Numbered from the stretch's first letter, positions 48,709-59,050 are shown. The stretch: 64,000 nt of DNA from Rhodothermales bacterium (GCA_029249345.1 JAQWHM010000002.1:20868-84867), one strand, 5' to 3'. The notes: a model not told the origin generated them from the letters alone. Made by a program: numbers and translations.

Positions 48709-48911
48709 TTACACTGACAGGTCAATTGTGCACGGAATATTGCGGTTAGATACAGTCTGTAAAACCGCCTAAAACACCAAAAAAACCATGAAAAGGTTTT
48801 CATAAATAGAATTCAATATAAGCCCATCGGGTCAATTGCCCTTTTGCTTTTTCGTAAAGATTCAGAAAAAGAAAATCGTGGGAGAAGTCACAAGGCCCAC
48901 CTGCAAAAGAC

Positions 48912-49400
48912 CTATTTCGCAGCTTCCCATTCTTCAAATGTTGCCGGTGACTTCTGATATTCCATTACCATTAGCCAACCATCTTTGCGCACTAGAAGAC
49001 CTTCAAAATGCACCATGGCAACGACTGGGTCTGCATCCCCGGTTTGTGACCAGTAGCGAAAGATACCCGTTTCATGAGCGGTATTCCCGTCATGCAACCG
49101 TTGGGTAAATCTGAAATCGACACCGGCAGATAGCCTTCCATCCTTTGTGTCGTCAAAACCAGGCTTCCAACCCGCAAGAGCCTGCGCAATGGGATAGCTT
49201 TCATTGGATGACGAGGATACGAGAACCGCATCTGGATGATAGGTTGCAGAATAGCCCTCAAAGTCACCTTCTGAAACGGTGCGAGATACCTCAGACCAGA
49301 ACGCGTCCAGTTCGTCCACCTGAGCCGCAGCCGTTGACGGAAGAAGCCCCGTCAACAAGCAGCAGCTTACGAGCAATAAACGGAGGGTGTGACTTAGCAT
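48912..49400 (-). CDS. secreted NTF2-like (DUF4440/SnoaL-type) protein
   Basis: Signal peptide LLLVSCCLLTGLLPSTAAAQ. FWSEVSRTVSEGDFEGYSATYHPDAVLV, an NTF2-like pattern. Confidence 0.5.
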   Translation of the reverse strand: MLSHTLRLLLVSCCLLTGLLPSTAAAQVDELDAFWSEVSRTVSEGDFEGYSATYHPDAVLVSSSSNESYPIAQALAGWKPGFDDTKDGRLSAGVDFRFTQRLHDGNTAHETGIFRYWSQTGDADPVVAMVHFEGLLVRKDGWLMVMEYQKSPATFEEWEAAK

Positions 49401-49424
49401 ATGAAATCGGATGTGAATGAGGTC

Positions 49425-51035
49425 CTACCAGAATATCAGGTACAACGCAGCGGCAATGCCGAGAATACCGAAGGAGAGTCCGTTGAATACGGGATCGGAT
49501 TCCGCTTTGCTTGTCTTATGGTCAATTGCATTGTCATGGTCAGCGCCTTTTCCTTCAAATAAGGAAATGACTACGATCAAGACCACTGAAATGATAAAGA
49601 CGTATCCCATTCGGTTCAGGAACGGCACGGCAGGGGCGAGCACTTTCATGCCAGCAGATAAGGGAATACTTAGAACGGCCGAGACCATTGCAGCATTCGG
49701 GGTCGCTTTTTTCCAGAATAAGCCCATCACGAAGATGGCTAATACGCCCGGAGAAATAAATCCAGTGTATTCTTGAATGTACTGGAACGCCTGATCGAGA
49801 GCAGCGAGCTGAGGTGCCATCAGAGCACCAATGATGATAGCGAAAAGTCCTACCATTCGGCCAATATTGACCAGCTTGGTTTCTGACGCTTCGGTATTGA
49901 CGAGGTTCTTATAGAGGTCCATCGTAAAGATCGTGGCCGTAGAGTTCATCATAGACGCTAACGACGAGACGATAGCTGCCGCAAGAGCCGCAAACGCTAA
50001 TCCACGCAGACCGGGACCTACGTAGGTGGCTAGGAGCCAAGGATAAGCCTGATCGCCGCGCTCGAGAGGGGCGTCTAATGCAAAGGCGACAATTCCAGGA
50101 ATGACAACGATCATTGGAAGAAGGAGCTTCAAGTAGCCTGCAAAAGCCAAACCGCGTCGCGCTTCTTTCAAGCTCTTCGCTGCAAGAGCGCGTTGAATGA
50201 TGTATTGGTTACATCCCCAATAGAACAAGTTGGCTACCCACATACCGCCAAGCAGTACACCTAAACCGGGTAACAACGCGTAGGCATCTTTGGTAACGAG
50301 CTGTCCCGCTTCCAAATCTTGGTACATCAACTCGCCCGGGAATAGTACCATATTGAAATGGCCTGGGACTTCTTTAACCAATTTGATAAATCCAGCAATA
50401 GATCCGGCGCCAGCGCCGTAGGCATCAAGTGCTAAATAGGTAGTTAGAAGACCACCACCCACTAAGACGACTACTTGAACAACATCGGTCCAAGCAACAG
50501 CCTTCAGGCCTCCATACAGGCTATAGACAGCAGCAAAGGCAGCTAAGCCGGCAATGCCTGACCATAGTGGAACGCCCATGATTCCTTCCATCGCTAGGGC
50601 TCCGAGGTAGAGCACGCTGGTTAGGTTCACAAATACATAGACGAGGAGCCAGAAAATGGCTAAAAGCGTTCGAACTCTTGAATCATATCGTTTTTCGAGA
50701 AACTGGGGCATCGTGAAAATGCCCTTCTCGAGATAGATTGGGAGAAACCAATAAGCAATGACCAACAGGGTTATGGCCGCCATCCACTCGTAGGACGCGA
50801 TCGCTAATCCAACGCGAAAACCGGAACCGGACATCCCAATAAACTGCTCTGCCGAAATATTACTTGCGATGAGCGAGGCCCCAATGGCCCACCAAGGCAA
50901 GCTCTTGCTAGCTAGGAAATAGTCACTGGTATCCTTCTGATGACCATCTTTTTCTCTGGATACCCAGAGGCCAAGCCCGATGATCACCGCTCCGTAGAGA
51001 GCAAAAACAATGTAGTCTAGAGTAGAAAAAAGCAT
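49425..51035 (-). CDS. sodium:solute symporter family (SGLT-like) transporter
   Basis: 536 aa with about 14 TM helices. DYFLASKSLPWW, GASLIASNISAEQFIG and RRG..AGYLK blocks typical of SSF sugar symporters. Confidence 0.9.
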   Translation of the reverse strand: MLFSTLDYIVFALYGAVIIGLGLWVSREKDGHQKDTSDYFLASKSLPWWAIGASLIASNISAEQFIGMSGSGFRVGLAIASYEWMAAITLLVIAYWFLPIYLEKGIFTMPQFLEKRYDSRVRTLLAIFWLLVYVFVNLTSVLYLGALAMEGIMGVPLWSGIAGLAAFAAVYSLYGGLKAVAWTDVVQVVVLVGGGLLTTYLALDAYGAGAGSIAGFIKLVKEVPGHFNMVLFPGELMYQDLEAGQLVTKDAYALLPGLGVLLGGMWVANLFYWGCNQYIIQRALAAKSLKEARRGLAFAGYLKLLLPMIVVIPGIVAFALDAPLERGDQAYPWLLATYVGPGLRGLAFAALAAAIVSSLASMMNSTATIFTMDLYKNLVNTEASETKLVNIGRMVGLFAIIIGALMAPQLAALDQAFQYIQEYTGFISPGVLAIFVMGLFWKKATPNAAMVSAVLSIPLSAGMKVLAPAVPFLNRMGYVFIISVVLIVVISLFEGKGADHDNAIDHKTSKAESDPVFNGLSFGILGIAAALYLIFW

Positions 51036-51116
51036 GTTGGGAAAACCGGGTGAGATGTCAGTTCGGAATCGGACAAATGTAACGTACTTAATGGACAGTT
51101 TCCGTCGGGAGATTCA

Positions 51117-51128
51117 GTTTCATGAAAC
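51117..51128. promoter_or_regulatory. 12-bp perfect palindrome in divergent promoter region
   Basis: gtttca|tgaaac, between the SSF start (51035) and the acyl-CoA dehydrogenase start (51261). Confidence 0.3.
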
Positions 51129-51176
51129 AGAAAAAGGTTTTTTACGATGAATATCCGTTGGAATCCGAGAAAAGCG

Positions 51177-51194
51177 GGTTTTGCTGACAAAACC
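51177..51194. promoter_or_regulatory. inverted repeat in divergent promoter region
   Basis: ggttttg-ctga-caaaacc: 7-bp perfect arms, 67 nt upstream of the ATG at 51261. Confidence 0.3.
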
Positions 51195-51260
51195 TAAAAG
51201 CTCCTATGTGTAGAATATCAGTACTTTAAAGAGCCAATATCTCGACTACTGGAGAACGCA

Positions 51261-52402
51261 ATGATTGATTTTTCGCTGGATGCCCATCAACAAGGGATTA
51301 TTGAAAAACATCGTGACTTTAGCGATCGCTTTATCGTCCCTGTGCGTGCGAAATACGATGAATCGTGTGAGTTTCCGTGGGAAGTAGTGCGGGCAGCATA
51401 TGATGAGGGCATTATTAATGGTCCTGTTCCGTCGGAATATGGCGGTCCTGGACATAATATCCTCGAAGGAGCACTCGCTTCGGAAGAACTAGGCGCCGGA
51501 TGCATTGGAATCGGCATTTGTATTGATGCTAACTCGCTGGCCTTGACCCCGCTGATTGTAGGAGGATCCGAAGAGCAGAAAAAGCGCGTCTTTGGCGAGT
51601 TGATTGAGCGAAAAGGGGTAGCGGCCTACGCGCTAACCGAGCCTAATGCGGGTTCAGATGTGGCTAACATCAAGACAACGGGGTTGAAAAAAGGGGATAA
51701 GTACATTATAAATGGCCACAAGCGATTCATCACCAACGGTGAAGTGGCTGCCTATCACACGGTCTTCGCCCTAGCAGATCCAGAACGCGGAGCCCGTAGC
51801 CTAACGGCATTCATTGTACCTACGGATGCTCCTGGTGTAGAAGTGATTTCACGCATGCGGAAAATGGGACAGAATGCTTCCGTACAAAATGAAATCAAAT
51901 ACACCGATGTTGAGATACCTCTAGAGAATTGTATCGGAGGCGAGGGGCGTGGTTTTATTCTGGCCATGAAGACGTTTGATCGCACCAGAACAGGAGTTGC
52001 AGCACTGGCATTGGGAGCGGGTAGAACGGCTTACGAAACCTCTATGGCGTGGGCGAAAAATCGTATCCAGTTTGGTAAACCGATTACGGCCAACCAGGCC
52101 ATTGCTTTTATGTTGCTGATATGGCAACAGAACTGGAGGCCGCTCGCTTGCTAACTTGGAGAGCAGCTTGGGCGTATGACAATGGAGACCGAGCGTTGAA
52201 CAAACTGTCTGCCATGTCCAAAATGTATGCTTCAGACGTAGCGATGAAAGTAGCTATTGATGCCGTGCAGGTTATGGGTGGAGATGGTTACTCTCGTGAT
52301 TTTCCAGTCGAAAAGATCATGAGGGACGTGAAACTGTGCCAGATTTATGAGGGTACCAATCAGGTCCAGCGCTTGGTTATTTCCAAGGCTATTCTCAAAT
52401 AG
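51261..52402 (+). pseudogene. acyl-CoA dehydrogenase, frame-disrupted (1-nt deletion near 52115/52116)
   Basis: ORF 51261..52154 matches ACAD up to FGKPITANQAIAFML. ORF 52121..52402, in a different frame, continues MATELEAARLLTWRAAW...QIYEGTNQVQRLVISKAIL. The expected junction FMLADMATELEAARLL is restored by adding one base in ttg|ct. Confidence 0.85.
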
Positions 52403-52476
52403 TCGCTTTCCGATTTAATTGTCCTCGCCTTGTATCGGTTCGTACCTTTGCGACGATTCAACTATTCCTTTGAGCT

Positions 52477-54555
52477 ATGAAAAATTTGACGTGTATCCTG
52501 TTACTTTCAGGATTCTTGAGTGCCAATGTCCAAGCCCAGAATGCGGATTCTCTGCGTACCGTGACGCTGGACCCTGTTGTCGTTATCGCTGAGCGCGTAG
52601 AGTCTGCTCTTTCGACTTCTACGGTTGGTGTTTCCGTGCTCAATGCGAGGCAATTGGCTTCGATTCCAACCAGAAGCTTTTCAGATGCACTGAATTACCT
52701 CCCAGGACTCACGTTTTTGGATGTTGATGGAATGGGCTTTTCTCCGCAAGCCGTAACACGAGGCTTTTACGGTGGTGGAGAAGCCGAATACGTTGTCGTG
52801 CTGATTAATGGACGTCCCATTAATACCATCGAGAATGGCTTAGTTAACTGGGATCAGATACTAGCCAATGCCTCTACTAGTGTAGAAGTGTTGAGAGGAG
52901 GTGCATCCTCTCTTTATGGTGACGCAGCCATTGGGGCCGTTATTAATGTCCGAACAGCACCTGTCGAAACAATCAATCGCCAACTATCCGGTAGTATTGG
53001 CAGCTCCGGTCTTTTGAATGGCCAGATGTCTATTCAAACCAAAAAATACACAGCTGCTGCCTCATACCGGGCAGTTGATGGATACAGGGATCACAGTACT
53101 CGGTCCTCATGGACGGCTCAGGGCGAGGGAGAGGTGCTAAATACCTCTAGAGCTACCGTTAGAGCATCCGCAGCAGTGAATATTCGTGAATACGAAACGC
53201 CAGGTCCGCTACGATCCAGCGATGGTTCGCAAGACCGCTCATATAGTCTTCCGTTCTTTCAATTTGACACGGGTTCTGAAGAGACCGTTCGTTTGTCGGT
53301 GGAAGCAGATATTAACACGGTACTTGGCGTGATCGAAGTCTCTACATCTTCTGAGTATCGAAATCACGATTTTGTTCGCACATTACCGCTCAGTGCTGAC
53401 TTCGCTGACACTCAAGAAAGACAAGTGGACGCATTGGGTACGCGCGCGACCATGCGGCTAGCAGATCTGCAATTGCCCCTGCCTATAGCGCATAAGTTGG
53501 TTATTGGAGCGGATGCTTTTTCCGCCGGGCTAGATTCTCGTTATTTGCAAATTGCTACGGGTGGAATTGAGGATGCGTATGCCTCTGCTACCGGCGAGAA
53601 TCGTCCTGAACTCTCAGATGGAAGCGCGAGTCGTGATGGACTGGCTGGTTATCTTCATTTAGACCTGTATCCGACAAGCAAACTCAAGGTGTCTGTAGGA
53701 GGAAGGGTGGACCGGATCGAAGACACGTTTGATGAAGTTGAAGGCCTTTCGGAGGCTAGAGAAGGTGCCACTCATGTTGCTGTGAGCCCGAAATTGGGAG
53801 TTAATTACCGGTATGTCTCTTCTTCGAGTCAAGTCGGAAACGTCTACGTCAGCTCTTCACGTTCATTTAAAGCACCGACGTTAGATCAGCTTTATGACTT
53901 ACGGGCGTTTCCGGTACCGTTTCCACCTTACTCGATTCAAATCGCTAATGCAGGGTTGAATCCTCAGTACGGAATTAACTACGAAGTTGGTTTCTATCAC
54001 AGGTTATCGACTGCTCAGGGCCTTTCTGCTATGCTCAGTGCTTCAGCGTATCGTTTGGATATGAAGGACGAAATCGATTTTTCGTTTGATACCTTTTCCA
54101 ACATCAATATTGGTGAAAGTCGGCACCAAGGCCTCGAAGTTGGTCTAAACATGGCGGATGAGGACCTTGGGTCCGTCTTTCTGAATTACACGCTCCAGGA
54201 TGTGACCTATCTGATTGGTGAGAACAAGGGAAATGCAGTTAAAGCGATTCCATTACATTCTTTTAGTGGCGGACTTCAGAAGGAGGTAGGTCCATGGATG
54301 GCGAGCCTCACTCTACGGGGCAATCGCAAAATGTATATCGACGATGCCAATACAAGTTTAATGGATGATTACGCGGTAGTAGATGCCCGAATCAGCTATG
54401 CTAAAGATGCATATCGCCTAACGTTTGATGCCTTCAACTTGTTGGATAAATCGTACAGTACTACGGCGTATCAGGATCCTGGAGGATCTGAAACTACGTT
54501 CTTGTTTCCGGCATCATTGAGAACGATTTCCGTAGGGTTCCAGTTGAGCTGGTAA
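52477..54555 (+). CDS. TonB-dependent outer-membrane receptor
   Basis: Signal peptide. Plug domain (DPVVVIAER, GRPIN, VEVLRGGASSLYG). A 22-strand-type barrel region. C-terminal ...SVGFQLSW aromatic terminus. Confidence 0.85.
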   Translation: MKNLTCILLLSGFLSANVQAQNADSLRTVTLDPVVVIAERVESALSTSTVGVSVLNARQLASIPTRSFSDALNYLPGLTFLDVDGMGFSPQAVTRGFYGGGEAEYVVVLINGRPINTIENGLVNWDQILANASTSVEVLRGGASSLYGDAAIGAVINVRTAPVETINRQLSGSIGSSGLLNGQMSIQTKKYTAAASYRAVDGYRDHSTRSSWTAQGEGEVLNTSRATVRASAAVNIREYETPGPLRSSDGSQDRSYSLPFFQFDTGSEETVRLSVEADINTVLGVIEVSTSSEYRNHDFVRTLPLSADFADTQERQVDALGTRATMRLADLQLPLPIAHKLVIGADAFSAGLDSRYLQIATGGIEDAYASATGENRPELSDGSASRDGLAGYLHLDLYPTSKLKVSVGGRVDRIEDTFDEVEGLSEAREGATHVAVSPKLGVNYRYVSSSSQVGNVYVSSSRSFKAPTLDQLYDLRAFPVPFPPYSIQIANAGLNPQYGINYEVGFYHRLSTAQGLSAMLSASAYRLDMKDEIDFSFDTFSNINIGESRHQGLEVGLNMADEDLGSVFLNYTLQDVTYLIGENKGNAVKAIPLHSFSGGLQKEVGPWMASLTLRGNRKMYIDDANTSLMDDYAVVDARISYAKDAYRLTFDAFNLLDKSYSTTAYQDPGGSETTFLFPASLRTISVGFQLSW

Positions 54556-54692
54556 CCGTCAGACGAGGTGCCTCTGGCCATTCGCAAACTGGAATTTAGG
54601 CACCTGATAGAGCGTTTAGCGCTGATTTTCACGAATCAAAGGTCCATAAACGAATGAAGTCCAACGAGTTGGAGCTCGTTGGACTTCAATAT

Positions 54693-54767
54693 TGGCTCCC
54701 CGGGTAGGATTTGAACCTACGACATTTCGGTTAACAGCCGAATGCTCTACCACTGAGCTACCGAGGA
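54693..54767 (-). tRNA. tRNA-Asn (anticodon GTT), CCA encoded
   Basis: The reverse complement reads TCCTCGG-TA-GCTCAGTGGTAGAGC-A-TTCGG-CTGTTAA-CCGAA-ATGTC-GTAGG-TTCAAAT-CCTAC-CCGGGGA-G-CCA. The cloverleaf pairs correctly. Confidence 0.95.
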
Positions 54768-55067
54768 ATTTCGCTCAAACAAATTATTGAGCGGCCCCAA
54801 ATATACCGTGATGTGAGACCTTGAGCAAGTCCCTTTTCAGAGATTTCAACATTGAACACAAATTACTTATTGGAGGGCGAAATCGACCAGACATGGTTAG
54901 CTCAATCTATGTCGGAAGAATGCCATCAGGATTGATTTCGACCTAGGTTACATCGCTGATTCCTCTTTCCTTTTTAGGCAATCCGTTTAACGGTCACCAA
55001 GTGTTGTTTCAATGCGGCTTTAAGAGTGGATTCGTTTCACTAATGCCCAAACGGGCGGACTACTCTA

Positions 55068-55586
55068 ATGAAATCTGTCTTTACACGTCTTTTCATCATC
55101 GGAACGGTTTTTATAGCTGGATGTGAAGGAGCCCTGGTACCTCTTAGTGACGCAAACGATGTACCGATCGACGAGCGCTTACTCGGCGAATGGATGGCTC
55201 TGGACGACGAGCAGGAGGCCTCAATCATTACGATTTGGGCATTCAATGACACGGAATACTACATGGAGTGGAAGGAAGAGGATGAGGATGAAGAAGCCGC
55301 CGCTGATACCATGCGGATTAGGGCTTTTTCGACAGAACTGAAGGACTATATGTTTACCAATATCCGATGCATTGACTGTGAGGAGGATGAGACGGAATGG
55401 TTTTTCTATCGATACGCTTTTGAAGGCGATGACCGGCTGGCCGTCCAAGGCATTCGGAACAAGCATTATCGAGATGCGATGTCAGAAATGACGCGATCCA
55501 AGGATGTGCGAAAATACGTTCGTGCTCATCTGAATGATGAGGACTTTATGGAGGAGGATATCGCCTATTTCGAGCGGATTAAGTAA
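55068..55586 (+). CDS. hypothetical lipoprotein with acidic stretch
   Basis: Lipobox FIAGC. Contains WKEEDEDEEAAAD. No family recognised. Confidence 0.45.
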   Translation: MKSVFTRLFIIGTVFIAGCEGALVPLSDANDVPIDERLLGEWMALDDEQEASIITIWAFNDTEYYMEWKEEDEDEEAAADTMRIRAFSTELKDYMFTNIRCIDCEEDETEWFFYRYAFEGDDRLAVQGIRNKHYRDAMSEMTRSKDVRKYVRAHLNDEDFMEEDIAYFERIK

Positions 55587-55595
55587 ATAAAGGCC

Positions 55596-55621
55596 GTGGG
55601 GGCGCCTCCCGGCGCCCCCAC
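55596..55621 (+). terminator. intrinsic terminator hairpin
   Basis: gtgggggcgcc-tccc-ggcgcccccac: an 11-bp perfect stem, 10 nt after the stop at 55586. Confidence 0.7.
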
Positions 55622-55725
55622 AACGTCTTGTGCAATCGTGGTTTCTAGCGGGTCTCGAACCAGGATATAAGATTCAGTGATTCCTTTCGAGTATCTTGAC
55701 CGTAACGAGACAGCACTCAACGTAT

Positions 55726-56547
55726 ATGATGCATTTTTGGGGCGTAAGAGGCTCCATTCCAACTCCTGGCAGCGAAACCGCGCGATACGGTGGCAATACG
55801 TCCTGTATTTCTTTATCGCTGGATGAGACCCATACGCTGGTTTTAGATGCAGGATCGGGGCTTAGGGTATTAGGTCAACAAACCTTTGCCAAGCCCCACG
55901 TGTTTTACTTCTTGCTGTCTCACGTGCATTGGGATCATATTCAAGGTTTTCCGTTTTTTCGTCCCATCATGGATCCCGACGTGAAAATTGTCTTTTTGAA
56001 CGATGAAGGTGCGAGTGTGTCTGATGCTGTGCTAGGCCAGATGGATGGGGTTCGTTTTCCGATAACCCGAAATGAGTTGAAGGCGAACATAGTCTGTGGT
56101 TCGCAGGACTATCAGTCAGCCTTCGATCTGTTTGGCGTGACGTGTACTGAAGTGAATATGCTTCACGAGGGAGCTTGTTTTGGTTTCCGAGTTACCCGTG
56201 ATGATGGTGACTGGGTTTATATGACGGATAATGAGCTACCTGCGGACGTGCAAAGCGACGAAATGCATCGATTAGTGGATTTTGCATCAAGTGCTGACGT
56301 GCTGATTCACGATGCACAGTACACCGATGCTGAAATGCAGGAAAAGAAGGGTTGGGGCCACAGCTCTTTTGAGCAGGCTTGCTCCTTTGCCATCAAGGCT
56401 AACGTCAGACAGTTAGTCCTTTTTCACCATGATCCTTCGCGCAGCGACGAGCAGTTAGAAGCAATGCTAACCCAGGCGAATGAGTGGGTTGAGCATCAGG
56501 ATGCTGAATTGGATGTCATTCTGGCACGTGAGGGCCTAGCGGTCTAG
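55726..56547 (+). CDS. MBL-fold metallo-hydrolase
   Basis: Start at the ATG at 55726 (MMHFWGVRGSIPTPG). LSHVHWDHIQG metal-binding motif. Later HD and GHSS/FHHDP blocks. Confidence 0.8.
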   Translation: MMHFWGVRGSIPTPGSETARYGGNTSCISLSLDETHTLVLDAGSGLRVLGQQTFAKPHVFYFLLSHVHWDHIQGFPFFRPIMDPDVKIVFLNDEGASVSDAVLGQMDGVRFPITRNELKANIVCGSQDYQSAFDLFGVTCTEVNMLHEGACFGFRVTRDDGDWVYMTDNELPADVQSDEMHRLVDFASSADVLIHDAQYTDAEMQEKKGWGHSSFEQACSFAIKANVRQLVLFHHDPSRSDEQLEAMLTQANEWVEHQDAELDVILAREGLAV

Positions 56548-56560
56548 GCCCTCACGTGCC
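56523..56560. terminator. bidirectional hairpin between convergent genes
   Basis: ggcacgtgagggcc-(10 nt)-ggccctcacgtgcc: a 14-bp perfect stem spanning the MBL stop codon (56545-56547), 16 nt from the minus-strand gene's stop. Confidence 0.6.
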
Positions 56561-56575
56561 ATGAATGTGGCGCAC

Positions 56576-58792
56576 CTAGAGGAGGATCAGATAGGTGATC
56601 TTAGCAACGCCGACGGTGCTATTCATCAGGAAGTCAGCGCGTGGATCAAATAATGTTTCGTTATCACCCGTCGCATGGTAGGACGTATTCAGGACAAGAA
56701 AGAGGTCTGAACCCGGCGTATGAATCCAATCAATGCGAATATTGGCATTCACGTTTCTGGAGAAGTTGTCGTACTGAATCAGGGCTTTTGCAAACAGCTT
56801 TCGACTCACACTAGCCAAAATATCTACAGAGGCCGTGGTGGCGCTAAATTCTCCATTGTCGATAGGCAGGTCAATAATACTCTTTGACACGCCACCACCT
56901 AATGTGAGATGCTTGGACTGGCGGTACCCAATCGTTCCCCTGAGATCCGTACGGTCTCCTCCGTAAAACCCACCTGTTTCGGTGCGAAGAGTGGCTGAAA
57001 ACTTTCGTCCCGGATCGGTCATAACGGTTACACCCAGCCGACTGAATGTATAATCATCGGCCACGATTTCTGCGTTTGGTCGAATTCGGAAGGGACCTTC
57101 CAATCGGTCGAACTCAGTTGATCCGGAAATACGGATCTGGTCTCGCTCGCGCGAGGTGCCACCTAGACTGTAATGAGCTGACCATGACTGTAAATCGCCA
57201 TCTTGGCCATTGGTGTGAATACCCATCACATGAGCCGTTGCTTGGCGGAAAAATCCTTTCTCAAGAAACGGACTGTAGGTAAGTGTACTCGTGGTCTGGC
57301 GCATATCACGCCGCCTGACAAAACCGAGGGCCGGATTATAGTTCTCGCCTACACTGGTGTACGATAGACTCGCTCCGTAGATATCAGTGCGGTAATTCAC
57401 TCCAATGTGCCCGGCAACGTCATTCAGATCACTATTGGTCTGGCGCACATCGGTATACCAAGCATTAAAACTACTGGCTGAACCAAATCGCTGGCTTACA
57501 TCCACTCCTAGGGCTCTATTCCACTGCCCATCGCGATCATAGTTGGTGAAAATGACACCGGCCGATCCTCGTTTCATGAAGTTGGTCTGCACGCGTGCGA
57601 CCGCATTGTTGGCAGATTCCTTACCGAATATGCGTCCTAGTTTTTCTCCAATCGTGCCTTCATCCGGGCCCGTTTCAATGTTAATCAGTCCAATATTGAA
57701 GCGTCCAACCTGTCCGGTCATTCTAGATCCGGCAATAATAGATTCCGAAAGACCAATACGTCTAGAGAAGAAGGTCTGCGTGCTACGAGAATTTCCGTGT
57801 TCAAATATTCCTGACCGCTCTAGGAAGAACTCACGTTTCTCAGGAAAGAAGAGACTGAAACGAGTCAGGTTAAGCTGAGTGTTGTCGGCTTCTACTTGTG
57901 CAAAATCAGTGTTGACCGTCAGATCCAGTGTCAAGTTGGATGTAATGCCATACTTCATGTCGAACCCGGCATCATAATTCGAATCGGACTCCGTGCGTTC
58001 AAACGCAAGGTCTTCTCGAACTTTCTGGGCACCCGTAATAAAGTACGGTTTCAATTCGATGTTCTTCCCACGTCGGATATTTTTCAGTCCGGTAAGCCGT
58101 CCGTAACGAGATACCGTCTTAATATCATCGCTATACCCGGTTCCATAGGAGAGGGGAATAAGCGGCCAGTTCTGGATTTCATTCTTTCTGTTCACGGTAC
58201 GGCGCATCCAGAGACCAAACGTTAAATCATCGCCCTCCGGAAAACGAAGCTGGCGAAACGGAATGCGTACTTCCATAGACCAGCCGTCGTCATTGATTAC
58301 GGTCTCACTGCTGAAAACGGCATCCCAACTGTAAGAGTCGATCGTCATGTGTTCATCAGCGATAAGCGCATCATCTTGCGTACCGAGTGCATTCATTTCA
58401 AACAGAAATGCATTTCGGCCGTCTAGAAAGGTATCAATACCGATGTAGGCGTGATCATCACGATCATTTCTACCACCGCGTTCCATGTTTTTGGCGCGGA
58501 TCAAATGGGGCTCTTTGTCTGAGAACTGGAATGCGAAATAGAGGAAATCTCTATCATAGGCGACTTTTGCCCAACTTTGTTCTGTCGGCTCAGCTCCCTC
58601 ATTTGGCCAGCGCTGTACAAAGTCAGACATCGCGGGTACCCGACTCCAGATGGCGTCGTCGAGTCGACCATCAACTCTGGGTGCATCGTCTGCAAAAACA
58701 GCTTCAATGGATGGGACGGGTGCGTCCTGAGCGAAGGCTGTTCCTGAGAACAGGCATAGGAGGGCGATTACAAGAAGACTTCCTTGCTTCAT
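56576..58792 (-). CDS. CBM9-like + DUF5916 outer-membrane protein
   Basis: Start at the Met at 58792 (MKQGSLLVIALLCLFSGTAFAQ). VDGRLDDAIWSRVP..DFVQ..P....P...T..KVAYDRDFLYFAF (CBM9-like). Long beta-rich C-terminal region ending ...AKITYLILL. Confidence 0.75.
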   Translation of the reverse strand: MKQGSLLVIALLCLFSGTAFAQDAPVPSIEAVFADDAPRVDGRLDDAIWSRVPAMSDFVQRWPNEGAEPTEQSWAKVAYDRDFLYFAFQFSDKEPHLIRAKNMERGGRNDRDDHAYIGIDTFLDGRNAFLFEMNALGTQDDALIADEHMTIDSYSWDAVFSSETVINDDGWSMEVRIPFRQLRFPEGDDLTFGLWMRRTVNRKNEIQNWPLIPLSYGTGYSDDIKTVSRYGRLTGLKNIRRGKNIELKPYFITGAQKVREDLAFERTESDSNYDAGFDMKYGITSNLTLDLTVNTDFAQVEADNTQLNLTRFSLFFPEKREFFLERSGIFEHGNSRSTQTFFSRRIGLSESIIAGSRMTGQVGRFNIGLINIETGPDEGTIGEKLGRIFGKESANNAVARVQTNFMKRGSAGVIFTNYDRDGQWNRALGVDVSQRFGSASSFNAWYTDVRQTNSDLNDVAGHIGVNYRTDIYGASLSYTSVGENYNPALGFVRRRDMRQTTSTLTYSPFLEKGFFRQATAHVMGIHTNGQDGDLQSWSAHYSLGGTSRERDQIRISGSTEFDRLEGPFRIRPNAEIVADDYTFSRLGVTVMTDPGRKFSATLRTETGGFYGGDRTDLRGTIGYRQSKHLTLGGGVSKSIIDLPIDNGEFSATTASVDILASVSRKLFAKALIQYDNFSRNVNANIRIDWIHTPGSDLFLVLNTSYHATGDNETLFDPRADFLMNSTVGVAKITYLILL

Positions 58793-58961
58793 TTGATGAT
58801 TTGTCTGGGTGACGAGATAGTAACGAACGCTTCTTCCAAGATCGTCGCAATATAAGAGAAGTGAAAGGAGCGTAAAAACGATATGTTTGGTTGTATTGAG
58901 TAAAGGTTCTGTCGTACCATTCGGCCTGCTAATCGGTAGAGCCACGCTCTCTGGTTCAAAA

Positions 58962-59048
58962 GCGTCTGTGGCGGAATTGGTAGACGCGCTGCGTTCAGGG
59001 CGCAGTGGGCGCAAGCCCGTGGGGGTTCGACTCCCTTCAGACGCACCA
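58962..59048 (+). tRNA. tRNA-Leu (anticodon CAG), long variable arm, CCA encoded
   Basis: GCGTCTG...CTGCG-TTCAGGG-CGCAG-(variable arm TGGGCGCAAGCCCGT)-GGGGG-TTCGACT-CCCTT-CAGACGC-A-CCA. 87 nt. Confidence 0.95.
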
Positions 59049-59050
59049 AA

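Noticed and set aside
54566-54605. aggtgcct ... aggcacct 8-bp inverted repeat after the TonB-receptor stop, and the 8-bp hairpin ccaacgag-ttggag-ctcgttgg at 54661-54682 next to the tRNA-Asn 3' end.
   Set aside because: The first has a 24-nt loop and no T tract. The second is plausible as a tRNA or receptor terminator but is short and lacks a U-run. Neither is strong enough to list as a feature.
54693-59048. Possible genomic island anchored at tRNA-Asn or tRNA-Leu.
   Set aside because: No integrase, transposase or phage gene lies next to either tRNA. I found no direct repeat of a tRNA 3' segment nearby. The flanking genes (TonB receptor, sulfatase, DUF5916) look like core FCB-type content.
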